IMG/VR virus record: IMGVR_UViG_2740892042_000003 | Direction: 5' to 3' (one strand) | DNA length: 61,816 nt | From: a virus | Lineage: Duplodnaviria > Heunggongvirae > Uroviricota > Caudoviricetes | Shown here: positions 32,671 through 42,541 of the stretch, piece by piece | How positions within the stretch are numbered: position 1 is the first letter of the stretch | How the letters are laid out: every line of letters starts with the position of its first letter | Program-made: the position numbers and the translations under genes | Notes under the pieces: generated by a model | What the model was told of the DNA's origin: nothing | What the model saw: only the letters and a program-made list of their open reading frames with translations | The model's database searches: none

Positions 32671-32707
32671 CACAAAAAACTTTTTAAACGAGGGGGTAAA
32701 AATAAAA

Positions 32708-32965
32708 ATGCACACATCAGGAAAACTGAACAAACATATAAAGCCACATTACCGCGCCCTTGATATGGCTGAACACTGGCTAAGGGTGGCGATTAAGGCA
32801 ATAGACCGCAACGCCGGGGAAGGATACGCGAAAGCACATCCCGAACTGATAAGCGCATTCATGACAACGGCGGCTGCAAACTTTGCCACGCTGACCGAAC
32901 GGGAGATTGCCGAAGCGGAACAGGTGACAACCATCAATGTTAAAACCGGAGAGCAGACAGCATGA
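32708..32965 (+). CDS. hypothetical protein
   Basis: 85-aa ORF overlapping ssb start. Confidence 0.35.
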   Translation: MHTSGKLNKHIKPHYRALDMAEHWLRVAIKAIDRNAGEGYAKAHPELISAFMTTAAANFATLTEREIAEAEQVTTINVKTGEQTA

Positions 32966-33384
32966 CAGCACAGATAGCGGCTTACGGGCGGCTGGTGGCT
33001 GACCCGCAGTTAAAGACCACCAGCAAAGGGACACAAATGGCGATGGCGAGTATGGCGGTTCCCCTGCCGTGCAGCCAGGCAGATGACGGAACGGCGACGA
33101 TGTGGTTATCCGTCCTGGCGTTTGGCAGACAGGCCGACGCACTGGCAAAACACCACAAAGGCGAACTGGTGAGCGTGGCGGGTAACATGCAGGTAAGCCA
33201 GTGGACAGGCCAGAACGGCGAAACGCGGCGGGGCTGGCAGGTTATCGCAGACAGCGTAATCAGTGCGCGAACGGCGCGACCGGGCGGCAAAAAAGGCCAG
33301 CAGGGGCAGGCCACTGACGCACTGAACAGGGCAAAACAACAGTCGGGGAATGATGATCCGTACGGCGATAATATACCGTTTTAA
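32962..33384 (+). CDS. ssb: single-stranded DNA-binding protein
   Basis: 140 aa; OB-fold N-terminus, Gly/Gln-rich linker and C-terminal ...DDPYGDNIPF tail. Confidence 0.8.
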   Translation: MTAQIAAYGRLVADPQLKTTSKGTQMAMASMAVPLPCSQADDGTATMWLSVLAFGRQADALAKHHKGELVSVAGNMQVSQWTGQNGETRRGWQVIADSVISARTARPGGKKGQQGQATDALNRAKQQSGNDDPYGDNIPF

Positions 33385-33595
33385 ATTCTGCAAACAAAAA
33401 GATGCCGGAAAAAAATAGATTTTCCGGCATGCTACATAAATCCCGACCAAAGGAAGTAAATACATTAACACGAATTATCAGCACTGAAGTTGTTACGGCA
33501 TATTTTATACAACATTGCACTTGGTTGCATGTATTCGCATAGCAGACATCGGTAATAGAATATATTCACAATTATTTGTAATGAATGTAAAGAGG

Positions 33596-34643
33596 ATGAG
33601 TATGGTTGATTTATATTCGCCTACACAGCTTGTGCAGGTGGCTAATGCTGAAGATGTGCAAAAAAAAATTAAATGCGTTGTTTACCAGTTTGTTTTTCAC
33701 TCGCTCGGTAATGTTTGAATCGAGAGACATTATTCTTGATACGATCGACGATCCAAATATCCCGATCGCGGCGTTTTGCTCTCCTATGGTGGGCAGTAAA
33801 GTTTCACGAGATGAGGGATACGAATCAAAAACAATTCGTCCAGGTTATATGAAGCCGAAAAGCAGCATTGATCCAAATAAGTTAGCTGTGCGCCCTGCTG
33901 GTGTGTCACCTGAGCAATACAATGCTTTTGGGGCGCGTAATATTAAAGTTAAACAGGCGATTGTAAATCAGGCTAAAGCTATTCGTGCACGTATTGAATG
34001 GCTTGCTGTTCAGGCAATCACAACGGGGAAAAATATCATTGAGGGCGATGGTATTGAACGTTATGAGCTGGACTGGAATATAAAACCACAAAATATCATC
34101 ACTCAGTCTGGCGGTACTGAGTGGTCAGGTAAGGATAAAGAAACTTTTGATCCAAATGATGATATTGAGAGCTACGCAGAATTTAGTGAGGGCGTCACTA
34201 ATATCATCATTATGGGTGGTAATGTATGGAAGAAATACCGTTCATTCAGAGCGATAAAAGAGGCTTTGGATACCCGTCGTGGTTCTAATTCCGAACTGGA
34301 AACGGCCCTTAAAGACCTTGGTGATTCGGTGAGTTTTAAAGGGTATATGGGCGATGTTGCGATTGTTGTTTACAGCGGGCGTTATACCGACGAGGACGGA
34401 ACAGAAAAACATTTCCTTGATCCTGATTTGATGGTGCTTGGCAATACGGCTCTTCAGGGGATTGTCGCCTATGGCGGTATTCAGGATCCGGAGCTAATCC
34501 GAATGGGGCTGACTAAAGCCGAACTTGCACCGAAAAACTATATTGTGCCTGGTGATCCGGCTATTGAATATGTGCAGACACATTCAGCACCACAGCCAAT
34601 ACCGGCCCGCATCAATCGTTTTGTTACCGTTCGCATTGGCTAA
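33596..34643 (+). CDS. gpE-like major capsid protein, frameshifted at an A9 tract
   Basis: AAGAGG RBS and ATG at 33596; MSMVDLYSPTQLVQVANAEDVQKK aligns with lambda E N-terminus, then homology continues in +1 frame after A9 run 33660-33668 (LNALFTSLFFTRS... to end); about 40 percent similar to prophage E. Confidence 0.75.
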
Positions 34644-34652
34644 GGGGGAGCA

Positions 34653-34994
34653 ATGGCTACTCATTACACTGAACTCATGGCTGGCACTGAAGCACTGGTG
34701 ACTACGCTGGGGATATTTTCAGCTAATAAAGGGGTAATTCCTGCATTTACGCCACTGATGCAGGAAGATGCAACAGGTGCACTGGTGGTATGGGATGGTT
34801 CGAGCGTAGGTAAAGCGGTTTATGTTTCCGCTGTACAAATCGACACAGCGAAAAAAACACAGGCACAGGTTTATAAGACAGGTGTTTTAAATGTTGATGC
34901 TCTGAACTGGCCTGAGTCTGTAAAAGAACTGTCGGCAAAGGTTGCCGCGTTTGTTGGCTCAGGTATTTCTGTTCAGCCGCTGGCTCGTGTGTAA
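34653..34994 (+). CDS. gpD-like head decoration protein
   Basis: 113 aa; TPLMQEDATGALVVWDGSS aligns with lambda [21 protein letters not shown]. Confidence 0.7.
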   Translation: MATHYTELMAGTEALVTTLGIFSANKGVIPAFTPLMQEDATGALVVWDGSSVGKAVYVSAVQIDTAKKTQAQVYKTGVLNVDALNWPESVKELSAKVAAFVGSGISVQPLARV

Positions 34995-35005
34995 AGGGGG
35001 ATACA

Positions 35006-35389
35006 ATGCAGAATCATTACAATGACCTTAAGCCAATTGCCGAAATGATGTATCCGGATCCAGCAGTAGAGGAATTAAAGGCTATTGCTGACAAAATGCG
35101 TTTAAGTGAACGCCTTGTTGATATGAATCAGGTGATGGAACTTACTACCCTTAGCCGTCGCACATTGCTAAACCTTGAGGCTCGCGGAGAGTTCCCCGAA
35201 CGCGTACAGGTTACGGAAGGGCGTAAGGCCTGGTATTTAAGTGAAGTGATCGACTGGATAAACAATATTCCTCGATCTTCTGAATATTGCCGCGTACCTG
35301 TCCCAAAAAAGCCAGATGCGGCGCTATGCCTCAAGATTGAGCGTGTACGTCGCAATGCACGGGATGGTCGCTATAAGTTGATTGGTTGA
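35006..35389 (+). CDS. AlpA-family transcriptional regulator
   Basis: ELTTLSRRTLLNLEARGEFPERVQVTEGRKAWYLSEVIDWI AlpA-type HTH. Confidence 0.6.
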   Translation: MQNHYNDLKPIAEMMYPDPAVEELKAIADKMRLSERLVDMNQVMELTTLSRRTLLNLEARGEFPERVQVTEGRKAWYLSEVIDWINNIPRSSEYCRVPVPKKPDAALCLKIERVRRNARDGRYKLIG

Positions 35390-35445
35390 TGAAATTAGGG
35401 CCCGTTCTGGCTGGCGGGTCCTTTCCGGCGATCCGGTAGGCTACG

Positions 35446-35479
35446 GGGCGGCGACCTCGCGGGTTTTCGCTATTTATGA
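35446..35479. other. island cos site with lambda-identical cosN
   Basis: gggcggcgacctcgcgggttttcgctatttatga, preceded by cosQ-like cgggtcctttccggcgatccggtagg. Confidence 0.65.
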
Positions 35480-35590
35480 GCCTTTTTCGGGTGCTGGTGG
35501 TGGTTTTGTTGCTCGCTCTATCTCTATGAATAAAAAGGAAAAGATAAAGCCAATACACCAACCTGAAACATTACTTAAGTGGGGATATTG

Positions 35591-36133
35591 ATGAAATCGC
35601 ACCTGATGAACAAAAAAAACATGGCGCAAAGCTGCCGTGTAAGTGCGACAGCGTTCGACAAGTGGGGAGTGACTCCCGTTGAACGTAAAGGCCGCGAGGC
35701 GTTTTATGATGTTGCCAGCGTAATAGACAATCGGGTTAGCAATGCAATTAACCAGATTACAGACGACAAAGGCGAGATTGATGATGATGAACTCCTACGA
35801 GTCAGGATCAGATTGCTGACAGCACAGGCAGAGGCGCAGGAGCTTAAAAACGAGCGCGAACGCGGCGACGTTATTGATACAGCGTTTTGTATATACGTGC
35901 TTTCAAAATTGGCGAGTCAGATTTCTTCAATCATGGACAGCCTGCCGCTTGCCATGACAAGGAAGTTTCCCGACATGAAGCCGTCTATGCTGGATGGACT
36001 GAAAAAAGAAGTTATCAGAGCCTGTAACGCATGCGCAAAACTTGACGAAAACATACCGCTGATGCTGTCCGATTATCTGATGGAAACTGCCGGAAACGTA
36101 CCGGATAAGTTGCAGCCGAATAAAGATAAGTAA
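35591..36133 (+). CDS. Nu1-like terminase small subunit
   Basis: aligns with lambda Nu1 (NKKQ...; ELKN...VIDTAFCIYVLSKLASQISSIMDSLPLAMTRKFPDM vs ELKNAKESAEVVETAFCTFVLSRIAREISSILDGIPLSVQRRFPEL). Confidence 0.7.
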   Translation: MKSHLMNKKNMAQSCRVSATAFDKWGVTPVERKGREAFYDVASVIDNRVSNAINQITDDKGEIDDDELLRVRIRLLTAQAEAQELKNERERGDVIDTAFCIYVLSKLASQISSIMDSLPLAMTRKFPDMKPSMLDGLKKEVIRACNACAKLDENIPLMLSDYLMETAGNVPDKLQPNKDK

Positions 36134-36144
36134 CGTAGTACGCT

Positions 36145-36426
36145 ATGACTGAATCCGAAATACTGCGATTAATCCGCCGTGCTTGTGGAATCAGCAAGCA
36201 GCATGACGAACAGGCCACGCAGCCGGACAGCGTGACCGCAGATAATTATGTGCGTGTAGTGGCTGAGGTGATGCGCCGTGACGGTATTGAGCTTAACGGC
36301 GTGGATATGCGCAACATACGAACAAGAGTCCTTGAGTTGCTGGCATATCGTCGCCGTTCTCAACAACGGAGGGAGAGCGCGAAAAATACTTACCAGTGGA
36401 AGAAGCCGGAACGATTGCGGCGGTAA
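36145..36426 (+). CDS. hypothetical Arg-rich protein
   Basis: 93-aa ORF directly after island terS. Confidence 0.35.
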   Translation: MTESEILRLIRRACGISKQHDEQATQPDSVTADNYVRVVAEVMRRDGIELNGVDMRNIRTRVLELLAYRRRSQQRRESAKNTYQWKKPERLRR

Positions 36427-36680
36427 CTTGCTGATATTCCCGATAACGCAAAATTGCGCTGGCTGACTTGTTGCATTGCAAAAAGTTAAGCAGGAAGGCA
36501 CGGCCTGTAAGATGGGATGCAGTAAGTAGTTCAAGGCTACCTTGTGCTGGCACGCACAGTTAAGCCGTCGGTGCTGGATATCCCCCACTGGGGGAAAAGC
36601 TGGCTACATCCCTCACATCTGAGGACTGATAACGCGACATTGCGCTGGCTGGCAAAGTGCAAAATTGCACGATGGCCTAA

Positions 36681-36817
36681 CCCATTGATTATTTCGAAAA
36701 CCTGCAATGCAGGAAATCGGGGAAGTAAGCCTAAGCTATTGATTGTTTCGAAAACCCCCATTGGGGGATGTCGGGAAAGTAAGACTAACCCATTGATTCT
36801 TCCACAATCCTCAATTT
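36681..36817 (+). repeat. three direct repeats near island right end (candidate TerS/cosB-like binding sites)
   Basis: cccattgattatttcgaaaacc, gctattgattgtttcgaaaacc, cccattgattcttccacaatcc, each near a G5/C5 hairpin. Confidence 0.45.
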
Positions 36818-37140
36818 GAGGAGGCCGGAACGTCTACATAGCTGCATCGCCGTAATGATGATTCAGCCCACCAGTCAAATCAGCACAGCAACGACAGAAT
36901 AGCCCGACACAGAAAAACCACGAATATGGGGTTTTTGTTATGACATGGTCATGATGACCACTCATACAAAACAGGTAAAGCCCACCAGCCTGATTAAAGG
37001 TTAACCGGAAAAAAGCCAGGTATCCAATCTCGATATGGGGATCCCTATATCGACATTAACGCCCACTAAAACTGTGCATATATGCATAGAAAAAGCATCC
37101 ACCAGCTTTATGACGGATGCCGCTCATCTTATAAATAATC

Positions 37141-37162
37141 GTGTATTGCAGTGTGTATTGCG
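37141..37162 (+). repeat. integrase arm-type repeats (right end of island)
   Basis: gtgtattgca gtgtgtattgcg, same motif as left-arm repeats. Confidence 0.55.
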
Positions 37163-37235
37163 ACTCCTTTAAACGATAGGTCTGAGCATTCGTAATGTAC
37201 TGTTTTTAAATTTTATTTTTTCCTGTCTTTTCATA

Positions 37236-38015
37236 AAGGCGATGTATGCCGCCACCATTGAGAGTGAGCTGGATACGCAGTCAGCGATGGATTTTATTCT
37301 GGGCGCGAACAGTAAGGAGCAGCGGGACAAGCTGACCGGCTGGATTGGTGAAATTGCCGCGTATTACGCCGCAGCACCGGTCCGTCTGGGAGGCGCAAAA
37401 GTGCCGCACCTGATGCCGGGGGACTCACTGAACCTGCAGACGGCTCAGGACACGGATAACGGCTACTCCGTGTTTGAGCAGTCACTGCTGCGGTATATCG
37501 CTGCCGGACTGGGTGTCTCGTATGAGCAGCTTTCCCGGAATTACGCCCAGATGAGCTACTCCACGGCACGGGCCAGCGCGAACGAGTCGTGGGCGCACTT
37601 TATGGGGCGGCGAAAATTCGTCGCATCCCGTCAGGCGAGCCAGATGTTTCTGTGCTGGCTGGAAGAGGCCATCGCCCGCCGCGTGGTGACGTTACCTTCA
37701 AAAGCGCGCTTCAGTTTTCAGGAAGCCCGCAGTGCCTGGGGGAACTGCGACTGGATAGGCTCCGGTCGTATGGCCATCGATGGTCTGAAAGAAGTTCAGG
37801 AAGCGGTGATGCTGATAGAAGCCGGGCTGAGTACCTACGAGAAAGAGTGTGCAAAACGCGGCGATGACTATCAGGAAATTTTTGCCCAGCAGGTCCGTGA
37901 AACGATGGAGCGTCGTGCAGCCGGTCTTAAACCACCCGCCTGGGCGGCTGCGGCATTTGAATCCGGGCTGCGACAATCAACAGAGGAGGAGAAGAGTGAC
38001 AGCAGAGCTGCGTAA
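37236..38015 (+). pseudogene. B: portal protein B, C-terminal 257 codons
   Basis: MYAATIESELDTQSAMDF... matches lambda gpB residues 277-533; 276 + 257 = 533. Confidence 0.85.
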
Positions 38016-39327
38016 TCTCCCGCATATTGCCAGCATGGCCTTTAATGAGCCGCTGATGCTTGAACCCGCCTATGCGCGGGTTTTCTTTTGTGCGCTTGCA
38101 GGCCAGCTTGGGATCAGCCGCCTGACGGATGCGGTGTCCGGCGACAGCCTGACTGCCCAGGAGGCACTCGCGACGCTGGCATTATCCGGTGATGATGACG
38201 GACCACGACAGGCCCGCAGTTATCAGGTCATGAACGGCATCGCCGTGCTGCCGGTGTCCGGCACGCTGGTCAGCCGGACGCGGGCGCTGCAGCCGTACTC
38301 GGGGATGACCGGTTACAACGGCATTATCGCCCGTCTGCAACAGGCTGCCAGCGACCCGATGGTGGACGGCATTCTGCTCGATATGGACACGCCAGGCGGA
38401 ATGGTGGCGGGGGCATTTGACTGCGCTGACATCATCGCCCGTGTGCGTGACATAAAACCGGTATGGGCGCTGGCCAACGACATGAACTGCAGTGCAGGTC
38501 AGCTGCTTGCCAGTGCCGCCTCCCGGCGTCTGGTCACGCAGACCGCCCGGACAGGCTCCATCGGCGTCATGATGGCTCACAGTAATTACGGTGCTGCCCT
38601 GGAGAAACAGGGTGTGGAAATCACGCTGATTTACAGCGGCAGCCATAAGGTGGATGGCAATCCCTACAGCCATCTTCCGGATGACGTCCGGGAGACACTG
38701 CAGTCCCGGATGGACGCAACCCGCCAGATGTTTGCGCAGAAGGTGTCGGCATATACCGGCCTGTCTGTGCAGGCTGTGCTGGATACCGAGGCTGCAGTGT
38801 ACAGCGGTCAGGAGGCCATTGATGCCGGACTGGCTGATGAACTTGTTAACAGCACCGATGCGATCACCGTCATGCGTGATGCACTGGATGCGCGTAAATC
38901 CCGTCTCTCAGGAGGGCGAATGACCAAAGAGACTCAATCAACAACTGTTTCAGCCACTGCTTCGCAGGCTGACGTTACTGACGTGGTGCCAGCGACGGAG
39001 GGCGAAAACGCCAGCGCGGCGCAGCCGGACGTGAACGCGCAGATCACCGCAGCGGTTGCGGCAGAAAACAGCCGCATTATGGGGATCCTCAACTGTGAGG
39101 AGGCTCACGGACGCGAAGAACAGGCGCGCGTTCTGGCAGAAACCCCCGGAATGACCGTGGAAACGGCCCGCCGCATTCTGGCTGCAGCACCACAGAGTGC
39201 ACAGGCGCGCAGTGACACTGCGCTGGATCGTCTGATGCAGGGTACACCGGCACCGCTGGCTGCAGGTAACCTGGCATCTGATACCAATAAAGAATTACTT
39301 AATACACCTGAAGCTTTACCGGTATAA
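37996..39327 (+). CDS. C: capsid protease/scaffold C (Nu3 nested in frame)
   Basis: near-identical to lambda gpC from GTG start (V)TAELRNLPHIASMAF... Confidence 0.9.
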   Translation: MTAELRNLPHIASMAFNEPLMLEPAYARVFFCALAGQLGISRLTDAVSGDSLTAQEALATLALSGDDDGPRQARSYQVMNGIAVLPVSGTLVSRTRALQPYSGMTGYNGIIARLQQAASDPMVDGILLDMDTPGGMVAGAFDCADIIARVRDIKPVWALANDMNCSAGQLLASAASRRLVTQTARTGSIGVMMAHSNYGAALEKQGVEITLIYSGSHKVDGNPYSHLPDDVRETLQSRMDATRQMFAQKVSAYTGLSVQAVLDTEAAVYSGQEAIDAGLADELVNSTDAITVMRDALDARKSRLSGGRMTKETQSTTVSATASQADVTDVVPATEGENASAAQPDVNAQITAAVAAENSRIMGILNCEEAHGREEQARVLAETPGMTVETARRILAAAPQSAQARSDTALDRLMQGTPAPLAAGNLASDTNKELLNTPEALPV

Positions 39328-39336
39328 GAGGCAGTT

Positions 39337-39669
39337 ATGGCGACAAAAGAAGAGTTTAACCATTACCAGCCGCTGGGTAACAGTGATCCGGCTCATACAG
39401 CAATTGCGCCTGGCGGATTGAGTGCGAAAACGCCTGCAATGACCCCGCTGATGCTGGATGGCACTACCCGTAAGCTGGTTGTGTGGGATGGCACCACCGA
39501 CGGTGCAGCCGTTGGCATTCTGGCGGTTGCTGCTGACCAGACCAGCACCACACTGACGTTCTACAAGTCCGGCTCGTTTCGTTATGAGGATGTGCTCTGG
39601 CCGGAGGCTGCCAGCGACGAGACTAAAAAACGGACCGCGTTTGCCGGAACGGCAATCAGCATCGTTTAA
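39337..39669 (+). CDS. D: head decoration protein D
   Basis: 110 aa matching lambda gpD. Confidence 0.95.
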   Translation: MATKEEFNHYQPLGNSDPAHTAIAPGGLSAKTPAMTPLMLDGTTRKLVVWDGTTDGAAVGILAVAADQTSTTLTFYKSGSFRYEDVLWPEAASDETKKRTAFAGTAISIV

Positions 39670-39724
39670 TCTTCCCCTTCATCAACAAAGGCCGCCTGTG
39701 CGGCTTTTTTTATGGAAATAATTT

Positions 39725-40750
39725 ATGTCTGTATATACAACTGCAGAATTACTGGCATCGACCCAGCATCACTTTAAGTTCGATCCGCTGTTTCTGCGCC
39801 TGTTTTTCCGTGAAACCTATCCTTTCACCACGGAAAAAGTCTATCTCTCACAAATTCCGGGACTGGTAAACATGGCGCTGTACGTTTCGCCGATTGTTTC
39901 CGGTGAGGTTATCCGATCCCGTGGCGGCTCCACCTCTGAATTTACGCCGGGTTATGTCAAACCCAAGCATGAGGTGAATCCGCAGATGACCCTGCGTCGC
40001 CTGCCGGATGAAGATCCGCAGAACCTGGCTGACCCGGCTTACCGTCGTCGCCGTATTATTCGGCAGAATATGCTGGATGAAAATCTGGCGATTGCCCAGG
40101 TCGAAGAGATGCAGGCAGTTTCTGCCGTGCTTAAGGGCAAATACACCATGACCGGTGAAGCCTTCGATCCGGTTGAGGTGGATATGGGCCGCAGTGCGGC
40201 GAATAACATCACGCAGTCCGGCGGCACAGAGTGGAGCAAGCGTGACAAGTCCACGTATGACCCGACCGACGATATCGAAGCCTACGCGCTGAACGCCAGC
40301 GGTGTGGTGAATATCATCGTGTTTGATCCGAAAGGCTGGGCGCTGTTCCGTTCCTTCAAGGCCGTCAAGGAGAAGCTGGATACCCGTCGCGGCTCTCATT
40401 CCGAGCTGGAGACAGCGGTAAAAGACCTGGGCAAAGCGGTGTCTTATAAGGGAATGTATGGCGATGTGGCCATCGTCGTGTATTCCGGACAGTACGTGGA
40501 AAACGGCGTCAAAAAGAACTTCCTGCCGGACAACACGATGGTGCTGGGGAACACTCAGGCACGCGGTCTGCGCACCTATGGTTGCATTCAGGATGCGGAC
40601 GCACAGCGCGAAGGCATTAACGCCTCTGCCCGTTACCCGAAAAACTGGGTGACCACCGGCGACCCGGCGCGTGAGTTCACCATGATTCAGTCAGCACCGC
40701 TGATGCTGCTGGCTGACCCTGATGAGTTCGTGTCCGTTCAACTGGCGTAA
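39725..40750 (+). CDS. E: major capsid protein E
   Basis: 341 aa matching lambda gpE. Confidence 0.95.
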   Translation: MSVYTTAELLASTQHHFKFDPLFLRLFFRETYPFTTEKVYLSQIPGLVNMALYVSPIVSGEVIRSRGGSTSEFTPGYVKPKHEVNPQMTLRRLPDEDPQNLADPAYRRRRIIRQNMLDENLAIAQVEEMQAVSAVLKGKYTMTGEAFDPVEVDMGRSAANNITQSGGTEWSKRDKSTYDPTDDIEAYALNASGVVNIIVFDPKGWALFRSFKAVKEKLDTRRGSHSELETAVKDLGKAVSYKGMYGDVAIVVYSGQYVENGVKKNFLPDNTMVLGNTQARGLRTYGCIQDADAQREGINASARYPKNWVTTGDPAREFTMIQSAPLMLLADPDEFVSVQLA

Positions 40751-40791
40751 TCATGGCCCTTCGGGGCCATTTTCTCTCTGTGGAGGAGTCC

Positions 40792-41187
40792 ATGACGAAA
40801 GATGAACTGATTGCCCGTCTCCGGTCGCTGGGTGAGCAACTGAACCGTGATGTCAGCCTGACGGGGACGAAAGAAGAACTGGCGCTCCGTGTGGCAGAGC
40901 TGGAAGAGGAGCTTGATGACACGGATGACGCAGCCGGTCAGGACACGTCTGTCAGCCCGGAAAATGCGCTGACCGGACATGAAAATGAGGTGGTATCAGC
41001 ACAGACGGATACCGTGACTGATACGGCTGCTCTGGTCACGGTTGTGGCACTGGTGACGCTGCATACCGATGCACTTCACGCCACGCGGGATGAGGCTGTG
41101 GCATTTGTGCTGCCGGGAACGGCGTTTCGTGTCTCTGCCGGTGTGGCAGCCGAAATGACAGAACGTGGCCTGGCCAGAATGCAATAA
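40792..41187 (+). CDS. FI: DNA packaging protein FI
   Basis: matches lambda FI from MTKDELIARLRSLGEQL... Confidence 0.85.
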   Translation: MTKDELIARLRSLGEQLNRDVSLTGTKEELALRVAELEEELDDTDDAAGQDTSVSPENALTGHENEVVSAQTDTVTDTAALVTVVALVTLHTDALHATRDEAVAFVLPGTAFRVSAGVAAEMTERGLARMQ

Positions 41188-41198
41188 CGGGAGGCGCT

Positions 41199-41552
41199 GT
41201 GGCTGATTTCGATAACCTGTTCGATGCTGCCATTGCCCGCGCCGATGAAACGATACGCGGGTACATGGGAACGTCAGCCACCATGACATCCGGTGAGCAG
41301 TCCGGCGCAGTAATACGTGGTGTTTTTGATGACCCTGAAAATATCAGCTATGCCGGACAGGGCGTACGCGTTGAAGGCTCCAGCCCGTCCCTGTTTGTCC
41401 GGACTGATGATGTGCGGCAGCTGCGGCGCGGCGACACGCTGACCATCGGTGAGGAAAACTTCTGGATAGACCGGATTTCGCCGGATGATGGCGGAAGCTG
41501 TCATCTCTGGCTTGGGCGGGGCGTACCGCCTGCCGTTAACCGTCGCCGCTGA
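41199..41552 (+). CDS. FII: head completion protein FII
   Basis: 117 aa matching lambda FII. Confidence 0.9.
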   Translation: MADFDNLFDAAIARADETIRGYMGTSATMTSGEQSGAVIRGVFDDPENISYAGQGVRVEGSSPSLFVRTDDVRQLRRGDTLTIGEENFWIDRISPDDGGSCHLWLGRGVPPAVNRRR

Positions 41553-41563
41553 AAGGGGGATGT

Positions 41564-42142
41564 ATGGCCATAAAAGGTCTTGAGCAGGCCGTTGAAAACC
41601 TCAGCCGTATCAGCAAAACGGCGGTGCCCGGTGCCGCCGCAATGGCCATTAACCGCGTTGCTTCATCCGCGATATCGCAGTCTGCGTCACAGGTTGCCCG
41701 TGAGACAAAGGTACGCCGGAAACTGGTAAAGGAAAGGGCCAGGCTGAAAAGGGCCACGGTCAAAAATCCGCAGGCCAGAATCAGGGTTAACCGGGGGGAT
41801 TTGCCCGTAATCAGGCTGGGTAACGCACGGGTTGTCCTGTCCCGCCGCAGGCGTCGTAAAAAGGGGCAGCATTCATCCCTGAAAGGTGGCGGCAGCGTGC
41901 TTGTGGTGGGTAACCGTCGTATTCCCGGCGCGTTTATTCAGCAACTGAAAAATGGCCGGTGGCATGTCATGCAGCGTGTGGCCGGGAAAAACCGTTACCC
42001 CATTGATGTGGTGAAAATTCCGATGGCGGTGCCGCTGACCACGGCGTTTAAACAGAATATTGAGCGGATACGGCGTGAGCGTCTTCCGAAAGAGCTGGGC
42101 TATGCGCTGCAGCATCAACTGAGAATGGTAATAAAGCGATGA
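41564..42142 (+). CDS. Z: tail completion protein Z
   Basis: 192 aa matching lambda gpZ. Confidence 0.9.
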   Translation: MAIKGLEQAVENLSRISKTAVPGAAAMAINRVASSAISQSASQVARETKVRRKLVKERARLKRATVKNPQARIRVNRGDLPVIRLGNARVVLSRRRRRKKGQHSSLKGGGSVLVVGNRRIPGAFIQQLKNGRWHVMQRVAGKNRYPIDVVKIPMAVPLTTAFKQNIERIRRERLPKELGYALQHQLRMVIKR

Positions 42143-42534
42143 AACATACTGAACTCCGTGCAGCCGTACTGGATGCACTGGAGAAGCATGACACCGGGGC
42201 GACGCTTTTTGATGGTCGCCCCGCTGTTTTTGATGAGGAAGATTTTCCGGCAATTGCCGTTTATCTCACCGGCGCTGAATACACGGGCGAAGAGCTGGAC
42301 AGCGATACCTGGCAGGCGGAGCTGCATATTGAAGTTTTCCTGCCTGCTCAGGTGCCGGATTCAGAGCTGGATTCGTGGATGGAGTCCCGGATTTATCCGG
42401 TGATGAGCGATATCCCGGCACTGTCAGATTTGATCACCAGTATGGTGGCCAGTGGCTATGACTACCGGCGCGACGATGATGCGGGCCTGTGGAGTTCAGC
42501 CGATCTGACTTATGTCATTACCTATGAAATGTGA
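42139..42534 (+). CDS. U: tail terminator U
   Basis: 131 aa matching lambda gpU. Confidence 0.9.
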   Translation: MKHTELRAAVLDALEKHDTGATLFDGRPAVFDEEDFPAIAVYLTGAEYTGEELDSDTWQAELHIEVFLPAQVPDSELDSWMESRIYPVMSDIPALSDLITSMVASGYDYRRDDDAGLWSSADLTYVITYEM

Positions 42535-42541
42535 GGACGAT

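Noticed and set aside
33606-33720. ORF-track start at 33606 for the island capsid gene
   Set aside because: Homology to the lambda E N-terminus lies in the other frame from ATG 33596 with a strong RBS; the 33606 start is an artefact of the A9 frameshift
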